Virus record (IMG/VR): IMGVR_UViG_3300034161_000018
Location: 1-64,000 of that record
Reading direction: 5' to 3' (one strand)
Source: a virus
Lineage: Duplodnaviria > Caudoviricetes
DNA length: 64,000 nt
Every line of letters starts with the position of its first letter. Position 1 is the stretch's first letter. The translations under genes and the position numbers were made by a program. This document shows positions 37,278 to 46,797 of this stretch, in pieces. Under the pieces are notes generated by a model that did not search any database, had not been told where the DNA came from, and was given only the letters and a program-made list of their open reading frames with translations.

Positions 37278-37792
37278 TCAATCTCCAAACCATCAACGCG
37301 TTCGCGCAGTTCGTTCGACTCTTTGTACGAATCCTGCAATTGTTTGTACCACTGCATATGCTGATCGAAATCCAGTTCTGCAAGTGGCGTGAATTGGAAA
37401 GTTCGCGAAGTGGTGCCACCCATTCGGTCGAAGTGGTCTTCGATTTCCCACGTCAACAGTCCCGGCTGAAAGTGCGTGAGCAAAGGCGTTTGGCCTTCGT
37501 CCATCACATACCGGCGCAGGTCTTCGACTTCGCAAAGGTCGAGGTCTTCCAGAAACCCGATAACGCCGTCGCCGGTTTCTTCTTCAAACTCTGGCTCGGT
37601 CGCCAAACCTTTTTCGCGCAGCCATTCGACCAGCACGTCGTCATTGATTTGCAGAAACGTTTGGATTTCGGAAACAGCGAGTTCGGCAGGAAACAGCGAA
37701 CCATCGGTTTCGTCTTCCGGTCGGAACAGGATTTGCCCAATAAGGGTTTTCAACTGTTCGGGAGTTTTCACAATTACTTGCAACATAGTCAA
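37274..37792 (-). CDS. hypothetical acidic protein
   Basis: 172-aa ORF. Confidence 0.85.
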   Translation of the reverse strand: MTMLQVIVKTPEQLKTLIGQILFRPEDETDGSLFPAELAVSEIQTFLQINDDVLVEWLREKGLATEPEFEEETGDGVIGFLEDLDLCEVEDLRRYVMDEGQTPLLTHFQPGLLTWEIEDHFDRMGGTTSRTFQFTPLAELDFDQHMQWYKQLQDSYKESNELRERVDGLEIE

Positions 37793-38259
37793 ACCTCTCT
37801 ATCGGTTCCGATAACCATATGGTCGCCAAGTTCAAACGAAACTTCGTCTTTCGTTGCAATCCAGTAGTCGAGCAAGGCGCTGAAATTGTCCACGATAGAA
37901 TGGCACAAACTATCGCGGGTGATTGACGAACCGCCGTGTGGTTGCGGCAGAACGTGCGGCTCTGTCATTTCGCAAAGGTTTGAATAAACGTCTTCGTAAA
38001 TCGACGACGCTTTCATGTCTGCGTTAGAACCGGCTTTAATGTCCATGAGAAACGGCAACTGCAATTTGAGCGCATCGAGTTCGTGCATCAAATCGTTTAC
38101 AGCTTCTAGCGTGATCGACTCGCCGTCTTTGCCGGAGATAAAGTTTGTGCCGAAAATGTATTGCGCAACCATATGCAGCAACACAAGTTTATCGGCATTC
38201 GACTTACGTTGCATCATGGCGTTAATGCGGCCCTGTGCAGTTGCTGGTGTCATGGTCAT
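37789..38259 (-). CDS. hypothetical protein
   Basis: 156-aa ORF. Confidence 0.85.
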   Translation of the reverse strand: MTMTPATAQGRINAMMQRKSNADKLVLLHMVAQYIFGTNFISGKDGESITLEAVNDLMHELDALKLQLPFLMDIKAGSNADMKASSIYEDVYSNLCEMTEPHVLPQPHGGSSITRDSLCHSIVDNFSALLDYWIATKDEVSFELGDHMVIGTDREV

Positions 38260-38260
38260 T

Positions 38261-38494
38261 TCAAATATCCCCTATGCAACGAGCGCACTTTTCTTTAGAG
38301 AGTTTTTTCCGAAGGTGCGTGATGGTGTTATCCGCGACAAACATATCCTTGCGCAACGAATCGTTTGTTTCCTCCAGCGAATTTATTTTCCAGACCAACA
38401 CAGTGATTGCGTAGGTCAGGCCAGCGATCAAAACGGTGACAACGCAAATCAGCGCAGCCAGAATGATTAGATCGAAAGACAGTATATGGTTCAT
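38261..38494 (-). CDS. TM plus coiled-coil small protein
   Basis: 77 aa. Confidence 0.75.
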   Translation of the reverse strand: MNHILSFDLIILAALICVVTVLIAGLTYAITVLVWKINSLEETNDSLRKDMFVADNTITHLRKKLSKEKCARCIGDI

Positions 38495-38601
38495 TGGTGC
38501 GGCCCCAAGTGTTTAGCGTTAAGGCCGACCTTGGCCTATAAAGTTTCCATCGCAAAATCCTAACTACTTAATAGGTGGTGGCGTCCATGCCTGATTGATC
38601 C

Positions 38602-38769
38602 TTATTCCGCGACTTGCGGAGGGTGCAGCAAGGAAACCGATTTGATCGGCCCCTTGAATTTGAAACAGCGCTGGATGAAATCGCGCACGTCTTCCTCAGA
38701 CTTTCCGTATTCTTCTTGCGACGGTTGGTCTGCGCGTTCAAACTCAATTACATAAAGTTGTTCGGCCAT
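38602..38769 (-). CDS. small hypothetical protein
   Basis: Hand-translated 55 aa MAEQLYVIEFER...; AAGGAG RBS. Confidence 0.65.
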   Translation of the reverse strand: MAEQLYVIEFERADQPSQEEYGKSEEDVRDFIQRCFKFKGPIKSVSLLHPPQVAE

Positions 38770-38778
38770 CTTGGCTCC

Positions 38779-40041
38779 TTAAAATTTCAGTTTGGTAACT
38801 TTGCACATACGGCACGGCGCCTCATTTACGTGTCGTACAGCCTTGCGAAACATTTTTGCGCCTGCATCGTTGGTCAACACAATGTCGCCCCGGCGCAGAT
38901 AAAGTTCGTCAACGTTGCGGCCAGCGATTCGCACGTCTTCGTCAACGAAATGCACAAGCTGCCCATCCGTTTTGTCGGTGTCGTATTCCATCAACGTGAC
39001 GGCGTGCGTGTAATCATCGGCCCAACGCAATTGCGAAATGTCACCCATCGCTTCACGGAACGATTTGTCAATAACTGCAAACAATGCCTGTGCGTTAAAC
39101 ACTTTGGCAATTGGCTTTTCAACTTTCGGAGCGCGTGGTGCCCGAATGATTGGTACGCTGCCCTTTGGCCGACGTGGGCGAATGATTGGAACATGCGAAT
39201 CACGTTCGGCAATATGATCGAACGCAACACGCACAACCGTTTTCGCTACCACAACCTTTTGCGCCTGTTTCGCCAGCGCCTTGTTTAGCTGGTCGATGAA
39301 TTCAGGCTCGCTCGGCCAGAAGGTAATCAGTTCGCGGAATTGTTCGTGTGTGCAAACAACCGTAAACGTCGCGGAATGTTTCATGCGGTCGCCGATTCGC
39401 ACGACAGCCTGTTTGATAATCCCGGCCCATTCCTTTTTCGGAATCTTTGTTTGAACCTTTGGCACGACGGGTTGCGGCGCCGAGACGTGGCCTTTCTTCT
39501 TCACAATTACCACGCTGAATTTCCCGAAAGTCACATTGCCCGCGAGAAACGAAACCTTGAGCGCAACCGTCCGCATCAGGTCGCGGAACATATTTCTGAA
39601 ACGCCCGTCGAAGTCCGCTGTTTTGTAGAAGGCCAGCACGCGAGTTTCAAAAGCCGCTTGGGTAATCGTGTATTCCGGGTGACGATTGTGCTCGAAATCT
39701 TCGACGAACGAATCGCGCAAACGAATCATATGCGAAGCCCAATCACATTTCGCGGCGCGCTTCGGTTCTTCCATAGGAACCAGTTCAGTTTGGTTCGGTT
39801 TCATGTACGCCAAAACAAAACCACGGCCTTGCGGCTGCATCAAATAGTTTTTGCTGCTCAGGTATTGGCGAACCTGCATGGTGATTTGCGGCGTGGACGT
39901 GTGACCGAAATAATGTTGCACCAGATCGTTGTACTTCTTGCGCGAAACAACATAAGTGTCTTGCAGCGAAGTATTCAGGTGGCTCAGCATTCCATTTGCC
40001 ACTTCGACGATGCTGGGATTTGCTTGAACTAAAGAAACCAT
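38779..40041 (-). CDS. hypothetical basic protein
   Basis: 420-aa ORF; AAGGA RBS. Confidence 0.9.
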   Translation of the reverse strand: MVSLVQANPSIVEVANGMLSHLNTSLQDTYVVSRKKYNDLVQHYFGHTSTPQITMQVRQYLSSKNYLMQPQGRGFVLAYMKPNQTELVPMEEPKRAAKCDWASHMIRLRDSFVEDFEHNRHPEYTITQAAFETRVLAFYKTADFDGRFRNMFRDLMRTVALKVSFLAGNVTFGKFSVVIVKKKGHVSAPQPVVPKVQTKIPKKEWAGIIKQAVVRIGDRMKHSATFTVVCTHEQFRELITFWPSEPEFIDQLNKALAKQAQKVVVAKTVVRVAFDHIAERDSHVPIIRPRRPKGSVPIIRAPRAPKVEKPIAKVFNAQALFAVIDKSFREAMGDISQLRWADDYTHAVTLMEYDTDKTDGQLVHFVDEDVRIAGRNVDELYLRRGDIVLTNDAGAKMFRKAVRHVNEAPCRMCKVTKLKF

Positions 40042-40047
40042 CGTGAA

Positions 40048-40218
40048 TCATCCTTTGTGGTGCGGGCCGTAAATAGCGTTCATTACTTTGCATTCAGATT
40101 CTGCCGTGATGGCGCGGCGTTTCCATTCGCGTAGCTCAAAGGCTTGGAAAATAATCAACGCAGCTTCCACTAAAACGCCGACCAACATAATTGTCATCGC
40201 AACATTTTCAGTATTCAT
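40048..40218 (-). CDS. small membrane protein
   Basis: Hand-translated 56 aa MNTENVAMTIMLVGVLVEAALIIF... Confidence 0.6.
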   Translation of the reverse strand: MNTENVAMTIMLVGVLVEAALIIFQAFELREWKRRAITAESECKVMNAIYGPHHKG

Positions 40219-40270
40219 GGCAGAACCCCGTTTGAGTCAGCGGCCCTTTCGAGCCGCAAACATTTTTGTG

Positions 40271-41875
40271 TTACTTCGTGGCGGCTGCGGATTCGCGTTC
40301 GATGCGATTCAGCAGGTTTGCATATTGCGCGAAGGTTTTGATTTCAACCGACAGTTCTTCAACAGCCAGTGTTGGCTGGCCGGTGCCGCTGGCGACAAAC
40401 ACGTCAGCGAGGAAACGCACGGCATTGCGCGGTTTGAATTCCAGCGACAGGTCGAAACGTTTGCCCGATTGCAGTTTGCCGGTCAGGCGGTAAACGTCGT
40501 TGCCTTCGTCTTTGGTCAGCTTGAATACAAACTTTTTCTGTTTCGCCAGCGCACGGATTTGGTCGAGGAACGCGGTGTCCTTGGCCGCTTGTTTTGCGTC
40601 GAGAGCGCTTTGCACTTCTGGCGAATTGTTTGCACGTTGCGCAGCTTGCAGCAAGTCGATACGGGCCGCGATGTTGCGTTGCGAATCCAGAAGCTGGCGC
40701 AGTTCGGTTTCAGCCGCTGCATTCCAAACTTTTTCTGGTTTGGCTTTCACAACCGGAACAGCTTTCGCGCCCGGTGCCGCTGGTGCCCGCGCTTTCAAAA
40801 CGGTGCGCGCTTCGACCGGGCGTTTGTCGCCGAGGATTGCGTCGGAAATCAGCGCCAAATCATTTTGGCCTTTTGCGCGTGGTGCGCGTTTCGGAATCGG
40901 CTTCGCGGCCAGTTCAGCTTTGGTCGGCTTGCCTTTCGCGGCTGGCTTTTTCGCTGCGGCTTTTTTGCCGTCTTCGATGGTCTTGGCAACTTGAGCCACA
41001 ATCGGGCCTTTGTTTCCATTCAGTTTTTCAACCGGCTTTTTCGGTGCTGCGGTTTTGCGGGTGCCGTTTGTAGTAGTGGCAGTCATGTTGTTCCCCTTGG
41101 TTTCGATTTTCAAAAGTTGGATTGCGTTGCGAAGTGCGGTCAGTGTTGCGCCTTGAGCGGTGAACGGTGAAACGTTGAACGGAACTTTGCGGGAGTCTTG
41201 GCCCATTGCATCAAGAAAAACACTTTCAAGCTCAAACTCAAGCTCACGCCCGATTCGCTCAAACTTGAAATGCAGCGAGTTGGGAATTCCGTTCCAGTCG
41301 AAAATCATATGGGCCGCGTATGGCTTACCCAATTCGTTGCGGTCACTGGATTCAGACAGATGCAACGAAATGTATTTCAGCGGTTTATGTTTGCACCGTT
41401 TCTGCGCCTGTTCAAGAATGAAGCGCAGCACTTTGTTTGACTGTTCCTTGTCGGCCTTTTCGGCAGCAACATCTTTCAGGAACTTTGGAAGGCGTGCGCG
41501 GAATGCTGCAAACACCTCTTTGAGAATAGTCGGGCCGATTACGATCAGGTCGCCGGTTCCGCCCACGCCCAATTGTTTGTGGCCCATTGTGCCGTTGCCG
41601 TAACGAACATTCAGGATTTTGAAAACCGGGCGCTGGTTTTCGTATTCGCCAGTGTGTGCCGCTTCGATAAACCATTGCAGCACGTAGCCTTCGACAGTCG
41701 CCACGCCATGCGCTTTAAACACAGTGGTCTTAGTCGGCTTGTCGGTTTCCAAATCGAAACGTTCGTGATGCGCGTCATACACGCGATGGAAATTTGTTTG
41801 GAACAGAGCTTGATTCAAGCGGAGTTTGAATTGATCGCGCATTTTGGTGCGCTCGCCTTTGGTCATGCGGATCAT
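40271..41875 (-). CDS. hypothetical protein with K/A/P-rich region and internal in-frame start at 41086
   Basis: ORF 40271..41938; start MIRMTK; internal AAGGGGAACAAC-ATG. Confidence 0.85.
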   Translation of the reverse strand: MIRMTKGERTKMRDQFKLRLNQALFQTNFHRVYDAHHERFDLETDKPTKTTVFKAHGVATVEGYVLQWFIEAAHTGEYENQRPVFKILNVRYGNGTMGHKQLGVGGTGDLIVIGPTILKEVFAAFRARLPKFLKDVAAEKADKEQSNKVLRFILEQAQKRCKHKPLKYISLHLSESSDRNELGKPYAAHMIFDWNGIPNSLHFKFERIGRELEFELESVFLDAMGQDSRKVPFNVSPFTAQGATLTALRNAIQLLKIETKGNNMTATTTNGTRKTAAPKKPVEKLNGNKGPIVAQVAKTIEDGKKAAAKKPAAKGKPTKAELAAKPIPKRAPRAKGQNDLALISDAILGDKRPVEARTVLKARAPAAPGAKAVPVVKAKPEKVWNAAAETELRQLLDSQRNIAARIDLLQAAQRANNSPEVQSALDAKQAAKDTAFLDQIRALAKQKKFVFKLTKDEGNDVYRLTGKLQSGKRFDLSLEFKPRNAVRFLADVFVASGTGQPTLAVEELSVEIKTFAQYANLLNRIERESAAATK

Positions 41876-41949
41876 TTTGAATTCCTGTTCAGATTGCCTA
41901 ATACGAAAAAGGGCGACTCCACCGAATCGCCCGAACATTTCGTTTTACA

Positions 41950-42969
41950 TTATGCCGCTTTTGCGCGGGTTGCTTTGACCAGACATACAGCGGCTTTGGT
42001 TGGCTTCAACACTTTAGAGAAGTGCGAACCTTTCGACTTGGCGGCTTCCAGTTCCTTGATTTCGGAAAGGGTCACGCCGCTGTATTCGTAAACCGCGCCG
42101 GACTTGAAAGTCACGGTCAAAGTTTTGCGCGCTTTCTCGTAGCTGGCGCCTGCAATGTTTGTGCTGGTGCCGATTTCCAGAACGCGCACGCCTTCTTTCA
42201 TTGCGGTAGTGGCTTTCGGTGCGGTCTTGGCTACGGCAGTTTCTTTGCCGAGTTTGACGCGCAAGTTGCCACGGTTGTTGCGTTCAATGTCGGTCAGAAC
42301 AATGCGCGAACCTTTGTCAGTCACGGCAACGCGGGCGTCGAGTTTGTGGTCGCGAACAATGCGGATCACTTTCTCTTTCGCACGACCGATCAAAACTTCT
42401 TGATCGCGAATGTCGGTGCCTTTCAGTTCAGCGGCTTCCGAAGTGTTTGCAACTTTTGCCGCTGGAGTTTTGGTGGCCGCTGGTTTGGCTTCCACTTCTG
42501 GCTTAACGCGCAGGTTGCCACGGTTGTTCCGTTCAATGTTTGCAACTGGAACACGAACACCACTTTCCAGCACTGCAACGCGGTTGCCTTCCGGCGCCTT
42601 CACAACGTTTGCAATTTTTTCGCGAGTGCGGCCAACCAGAATAACCGAACCTTTCAGTTCAACAGTGGTGAATTCGGTCTGCGCAGTTTTCGCCGCTGGT
42701 TTGGTTTCGGCTTTCGGTGCAACCGGTTTAACCGCTGGCTTGGCGCCCGGTTTGGTTTCGCCTTTCAGGGCAGTGACGACTTCGGTTTGTTTGGCTTTGA
42801 AATCTTTCAGCCAGTTTTTCAGTTCGCGGTAAGTAACGCCGTTGCCCAAATCAGCCGACAGTGCAAACATTTGTTCGCCGGTTTCTTTCTTGTGGGCGTT
42901 CGCCAGTTTCACCAGTTGGGAACCAGCAGCGAACAGGATGGCAGCGGCGGTGTGAGTGTTAGTGGTCAT
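41950..42969 (-). CDS. KTSC-domain protein with duplicated internal domain
   Basis: C-terminal STNIAGASY..LTVTFKSGAVYEYSGV..AKSKGSHF is KTSC; two IERNNRGNLRVK units. Confidence 0.85.
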   Translation of the reverse strand: MTTNTHTAAAILFAAGSQLVKLANAHKKETGEQMFALSADLGNGVTYRELKNWLKDFKAKQTEVVTALKGETKPGAKPAVKPVAPKAETKPAAKTAQTEFTTVELKGSVILVGRTREKIANVVKAPEGNRVAVLESGVRVPVANIERNNRGNLRVKPEVEAKPAATKTPAAKVANTSEAAELKGTDIRDQEVLIGRAKEKVIRIVRDHKLDARVAVTDKGSRIVLTDIERNNRGNLRVKLGKETAVAKTAPKATTAMKEGVRVLEIGTSTNIAGASYEKARKTLTVTFKSGAVYEYSGVTLSEIKELEAAKSKGSHFSKVLKPTKAAVCLVKATRAKAA

Positions 42970-43028
42970 GTTGAATCCCCTTGCGTTTCGTTTAGTATGA
43001 AATGTTTGATTGAGTGAGTTCAATCCAA

Positions 43029-43051
43029 CTAGCGACTCCCTGAATCGCTAG
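43029..43051. terminator. intergenic hairpin
   Basis: CTAGCGA-N9-TCGCTAG. Confidence 0.4.
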
Positions 43052-43062
43052 GAAAATTTATC

Positions 43063-43404
43063 TCATTCGTTCCACGGGAAACCTTTCGGCGTCACCATGA
43101 TTTCGCGTTCGTCTTTAAACAAACGTTTTTCGACCGGCACTTCATGGTAGTCCACAAGCGCCTCCATTTCTTCTGGCGTACCGGCGAAACGGAAAAGCGG
43201 AATCCACTCGTCTGTTTCGTATTGGTACGTCCATTTACTGTTCGCCCATTCCGGCGACACGTCCACCAACCGAACATCCATATGGGATGTTTGCGTCGGG
43301 TAGAGTTCACCGTCTACCGGAATCCGCAGAAACGGCGAGTCGCGCAGTTCCAACGTTTCGATTTCGGCCAGTGTGTAAGTTTGGCCGCGTACTGGATACG
43401 TCAT
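43063..43404 (-). CDS. hypothetical protein; first gene after cassette 3
   Basis: Start MTYPVR; AAAGGGGACAAC-ATG. Confidence 0.85.
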   Translation of the reverse strand: MTYPVRGQTYTLAEIETLELRDSPFLRIPVDGELYPTQTSHMDVRLVDVSPEWANSKWTYQYETDEWIPLFRFAGTPEEMEALVDYHEVPVEKRLFKDEREIMVTPKGFPWNE

Positions 43405-43422
43405 GTTGTCCCCTTTCCGTTG

Positions 43423-43537
43423 AACTTCCACTAAGTCGTAAGTGTCAGTGTATCAGGCACGCTGCGCCGAACACGTAGTCAATATAGCACGAAACCCCGC
43501 AATGGGCAGGGTTAAGGCTTACGGTTTAAAGGAGGTT
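43423..43537 (-). promoter_or_regulatory. promoter cassette 3
   Basis: -35 CTGCCC (43504-09), 17 bp, TGcTATATT (43481-86). Sites 43423-442 (- CTTACGACTTAGTGGAAGTT) and 43518-537 (+ CTTACGGTTTAAAGGAGGTT). Confidence 0.8.
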
Positions 43538-43554
43538 CCGGAACCGCCCCGGCA

Positions 43555-43989
43555 TTAGCGGGCCAGCGTTCCCATTACCCTGTGGATTGTGTCGGCGCGG
43601 TTCAGCAGATTTTGCGCGAAGTCGTACAGGCTCATTTCGCCAATGTCCGAGGAACTGAGTTCTGCAAACATTTCCGTAATGGCCGAACGGAACAGGCGCG
43701 CAATCTTGAGCACGTCGTCGTGCCGGTCGCTGGAAATCTTTTCGTCGCAAACGCTGACAGAAATGCGCAGCGCCATCGGCAAAGAAACGCGAACCAGATT
43801 CGCAAGGAAGTCTTTGTCTATGTCAAACATATCGAGAGGCAATCCGGCCTCCAAATAGTTTACGGCTGGATAAGTCGGGTCGGGGCGCAGCGTGCGGAAA
43901 TTTTGTTCCAGCGCATACGCAAACTCTTTCGGACTCAATTCAGCGAAACGATCCATCAACATCGAAGGGTATTGTTTTGGAGTGTTCAT
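43555..43989 (-). CDS. hypothetical protein
   Basis: Start moved to MNTPKQ. Confidence 0.8.
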   Translation of the reverse strand: MNTPKQYPSMLMDRFAELSPKEFAYALEQNFRTLRPDPTYPAVNYLEAGLPLDMFDIDKDFLANLVRVSLPMALRISVSVCDEKISSDRHDDVLKIARLFRSAITEMFAELSSSDIGEMSLYDFAQNLLNRADTIHRVMGTLAR

Positions 43990-44189
43990 TAGTTTTGTTC
44001 CTGATTGTGTTGTTGAACCCGCGAATCGCAGGCGTCTGATTTGGTGCAGTGTCCGCCAGTCCACGAACACGCATAGCCGTTGTGACTGGTTCCGTTCCGG
44101 GCCGCGTCGATCTTCATTCGCAGCGGGCAATTTGTTTGTGAGTGGCCCGGATGGTTTTCATGATTTCCACGGTGCGGCATTAGTGACAA
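43989..44189 (-). CDS. small Cys/His protein
   Basis: 66 aa; overlaps both neighbours. Confidence 0.5.
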   Translation of the reverse strand: MSLMPHRGNHENHPGHSQTNCPLRMKIDAARNGTSHNGYACSWTGGHCTKSDACDSRVQQHNQEQN

Positions 44190-44419
44190 ACTCCTGTGAG
44201 GAACGCGACCTGTTCAATTAGTTTGTAGCAAGACAGCGCCAGCAGCGCGTGGAAAATCCACGGCAGCCGAATGTATTCGTAACGGAAATTCGCAGCAACG
44301 TACAGCGGGTTTTCGTTGTGCTTCTTTTCCTCGCGGGCATTCACCTTGCGCAGATACCACTTGATCCAGATGAAACCAATAATCCCCGAAACCGCCAGTG
44401 CTAAAATAATCCAGTTCAT
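44180..44419 (-). CDS. two-TM membrane protein
   Basis: 79 aa. Confidence 0.8.
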   Translation of the reverse strand: MNWIILALAVSGIIGFIWIKWYLRKVNAREEKKHNENPLYVAANFRYEYIRLPWIFHALLALSCYKLIEQVAFLTGVCH

Positions 44420-44431
44420 TGCCGTAGTCCT

Positions 44432-44887
44432 TTATCGTCTTGCGACTTTCTTTGTCGTCGCCTTCTTGAGCGTCGAATGCGGGAAGCCGTGATTTTCGTC
44501 CGCGTACAGAATGCGGTTTAGTTCCAGCGAATTGTCGGCGAATGAAATAATGTCGAAGGCCAGTTGCCCAGCGCTATCGAAACAAACCGCCATGCCGCCA
44601 GACGGATCAAACATTCGTGCAAACATTACGCCGCCTTCTTTCGGTTTCAGCACAACGAAACGCGGAGCCGACCTAGAGTTCACAACCGGTTCCACCGTTG
44701 TGTCTGCATCCTCGAAATAAATTGCATCGTATTCCGTGGCGGCGATTCCCATCATGCCTGCAAGTTCGTCCGCTGAAAGTTCGCGGTCACGGAATGGAAT
44801 TCGCACGCGGGTCAACTGTGAAGCGTCGAGCACAAACGTTGCGATTCCGCCGTGATGGAACCAGAAACCAAACAGACCAGTTTTCAC
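44432..44887 (-). CDS. hypothetical protein
   Basis: 151 aa; GGAGG RBS. Confidence 0.8.
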   Translation of the reverse strand: MKTGLFGFWFHHGGIATFVLDASQLTRVRIPFRDRELSADELAGMMGIAATEYDAIYFEDADTTVEPVVNSRSAPRFVVLKPKEGGVMFARMFDPSGGMAVCFDSAGQLAFDIISFADNSLELNRILYADENHGFPHSTLKKATTKKVARR

Positions 44888-44918
44888 GATAACCTCCCGA
44901 GCCGAAGCTCGTTACAAA

Positions 44919-45398
44919 CTATTCGCTTTCTTCTTCGTGGCGCCCAAGGTGAGTGCCAGAAACTTCGCGATGAACTTCAAACATCGGTTCGGACGTTTTC
45001 AGCAGGCGTCTCGCTTCGCCTTGCGTGTGGCAGAAATCGTAAATGTCCACGCGCTTTTCCGATCCTTCTTCGGTCAACTGATTGTCGTAACCGATTCGGG
45101 CGTCGAAGAATTGCCAACTGCGTTCGGTGATTTCCACCACGCTTTTCGTGATTGCAATCGGAGGTGTCAGGCAATGGTCAAATACGATTTCGACCGACAC
45201 GTTTTGTTTGAGGAAAGTTTTGCTGGTGCGTTCCTCAATGCAAACATCCAGCAACGGTTTCAGCGCCGCCACTTCTTTAGTGGTCAGGTGATAGTTTAGC
45301 GCGGCTTCGTGGTTCTGGTCGATGATGAAAAACGGCTTGCGACCTTCTGCGTAAATCCAGAAGCCGAGGATTGGTTTCAGTTTTGGAGTGCGTGCCAT
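44919..45398 (-). CDS. hypothetical protein
   Basis: 159 aa; GGAG RBS. Confidence 0.85.
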   Translation of the reverse strand: MARTPKLKPILGFWIYAEGRKPFFIIDQNHEAALNYHLTTKEVAALKPLLDVCIEERTSKTFLKQNVSVEIVFDHCLTPPIAITKSVVEITERSWQFFDARIGYDNQLTEEGSEKRVDIYDFCHTQGEARRLLKTSEPMFEVHREVSGTHLGRHEEESE

Positions 45399-45413
45399 GT
45401 TTGTGTCTCCCGA

Positions 45414-45638
45414 TTATGTGCGACGAATGCCGCCGTTGTTTTGTTTCGGTTGAGTGATGAGCTTGTCCAGCCTGTAGAAACAGTATGCGACCACGCAAAC
45501 AATTGCGTAGGCCAGCGCTTTCATTTGCCAGTGCGCAGCCATTAATTCCATGCCGCCTTTCTGGTACATCAGCCAGCCGGTGACGGCAGGCAAAAGGAAC
45601 ATCGGTAAAACGTAAAACAGAAACGTGCTAACTTTCAT
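45414..45638 (-). CDS. two-TM membrane protein
   Basis: 74 aa. Confidence 0.8.
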   Translation of the reverse strand: MKVSTFLFYVLPMFLLPAVTGWLMYQKGGMELMAAHWQMKALAYAIVCVVAYCFYRLDKLITQPKQNNGGIRRT

Positions 45639-46108
45639 ACGCGTTGCATACCCTTCTTTTTCTTCCGCTTCGGCGCGCTGCCAGTGGCAACCCGCGCAAT
45701 GGTTTCGTGTTCTTTGGCGTGGCGTTTCGCCCGGTCAGATTTCTTTTCGTGTTTGACCTTAGAATCCCCGCCAAGTAAATCGTTGCCCTGATCCATCGTC
45801 ATTGAAACGTCAAACACAACGTCAACATTTGGCCGTTGCGGTTTCGGCATTCGTGCGCTGGCTTCCGGCGACTTGTGCGAAATTGACGCTACAGGTTTCG
45901 GGCGTTTCTTCACAACCACAACCGGGTCGGGCCGTGGTACGTCAATGCGTCCGGCCAAACGCAAAAGCAATCGAGTGGCGACCAGTGAGAGCGTGGCGAC
46001 TTCCTCCAAAGTGTTTGCGTCAACAGTGGAAGCGGTTTTGCCGTTGAGCAAGGCCAACGCTCCCGCTAACTGCCGTGTGCCTTTCTCAAACAAAACTGCG
46101 TTTTTCAT
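45635..46108 (-). CDS. hypothetical protein with basic C-terminus
   Basis: Start MKNAVL; GAGG RBS. Confidence 0.8.
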   Translation of the reverse strand: MKNAVLFEKGTRQLAGALALLNGKTASTVDANTLEEVATLSLVATRLLLRLAGRIDVPRPDPVVVVKKRPKPVASISHKSPEASARMPKPQRPNVDVVFDVSMTMDQGNDLLGGDSKVKHEKKSDRAKRHAKEHETIARVATGSAPKRKKKKGMQRV

Positions 46109-46115
46109 ATTCACC

Positions 46116-46307
46116 TCAAATGTTTACGTCGATCCCGCAAGTGTCGAGTTCGCCCACCATTTCAATTTGGCGGTACGCATTCAGCTTGCGCATCGTTTCA
46201 CAACTCGGAACATCCGGCACCAGCACAACGTCCATCGAATCTCTTGCAGCGTCTTTCCGAACATCCGAACTTTTGTAATCGGCTACCACGTTACCATTGC
46301 GTTCCAT
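46116..46307 (-). CDS. hypothetical protein
   Basis: 63 aa. Confidence 0.65.
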   Translation of the reverse strand: MERNGNVVADYKSSDVRKDAARDSMDVVLVPDVPSCETMRKLNAYRQIEMVGELDTCGIDVNI

Positions 46308-46319
46308 GCTGACTCCAAA

Positions 46320-46796
46320 CTATTTTCGTTTTTTCTCCTTGGGTTTCGGCATGACAGGCCGCATCATAACGAACCGTAGGACGAATTGGCTTTGGTTGGT
46401 AAAGCGACTTCGTGCAGCGTGTTTTTCGATCACGCGCAGAAGTGTATCGGCAAACTCAAACACTGCCCGCTGTGCAGGCGACGGCAAAACTTCGGTCGGC
46501 GACTTCTCCTTAAACAATAATCTGAATGCCTTGGCGCGTTGTTGTAAACGCACGGCCCTCATTTCGTAAAGCGCGTCGGCCAGTTTCAGAATCTCCCGGC
46601 AATCGAAGTTTACGAAAGTGAGTCTGTCCGGGTCAGCGTCTGCAAACTTTTTCAGTTCGGCAACGCCGTTGTATCCCGAGTGCTTTTTCAGAACAGCGGG
46701 GAATGCTTTGAGCACTCCCGCCGTGGTGGTGCAGGCAAAGCTTCCGCTGGCGATCACGCTAACAATGTTTGTGTTCATAAATCCCCAGCGGAGCAT
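46320..46796 (-). CDS. hypothetical protein
   Basis: 158 aa (alternative start 46778). Confidence 0.8.
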   Translation of the reverse strand: MLRWGFMNTNIVSVIASGSFACTTTAGVLKAFPAVLKKHSGYNGVAELKKFADADPDRLTFVNFDCREILKLADALYEMRAVRLQQRAKAFRLLFKEKSPTEVLPSPAQRAVFEFADTLLRVIEKHAARSRFTNQSQFVLRFVMMRPVMPKPKEKKRK

Positions 46797-46797
46797 T

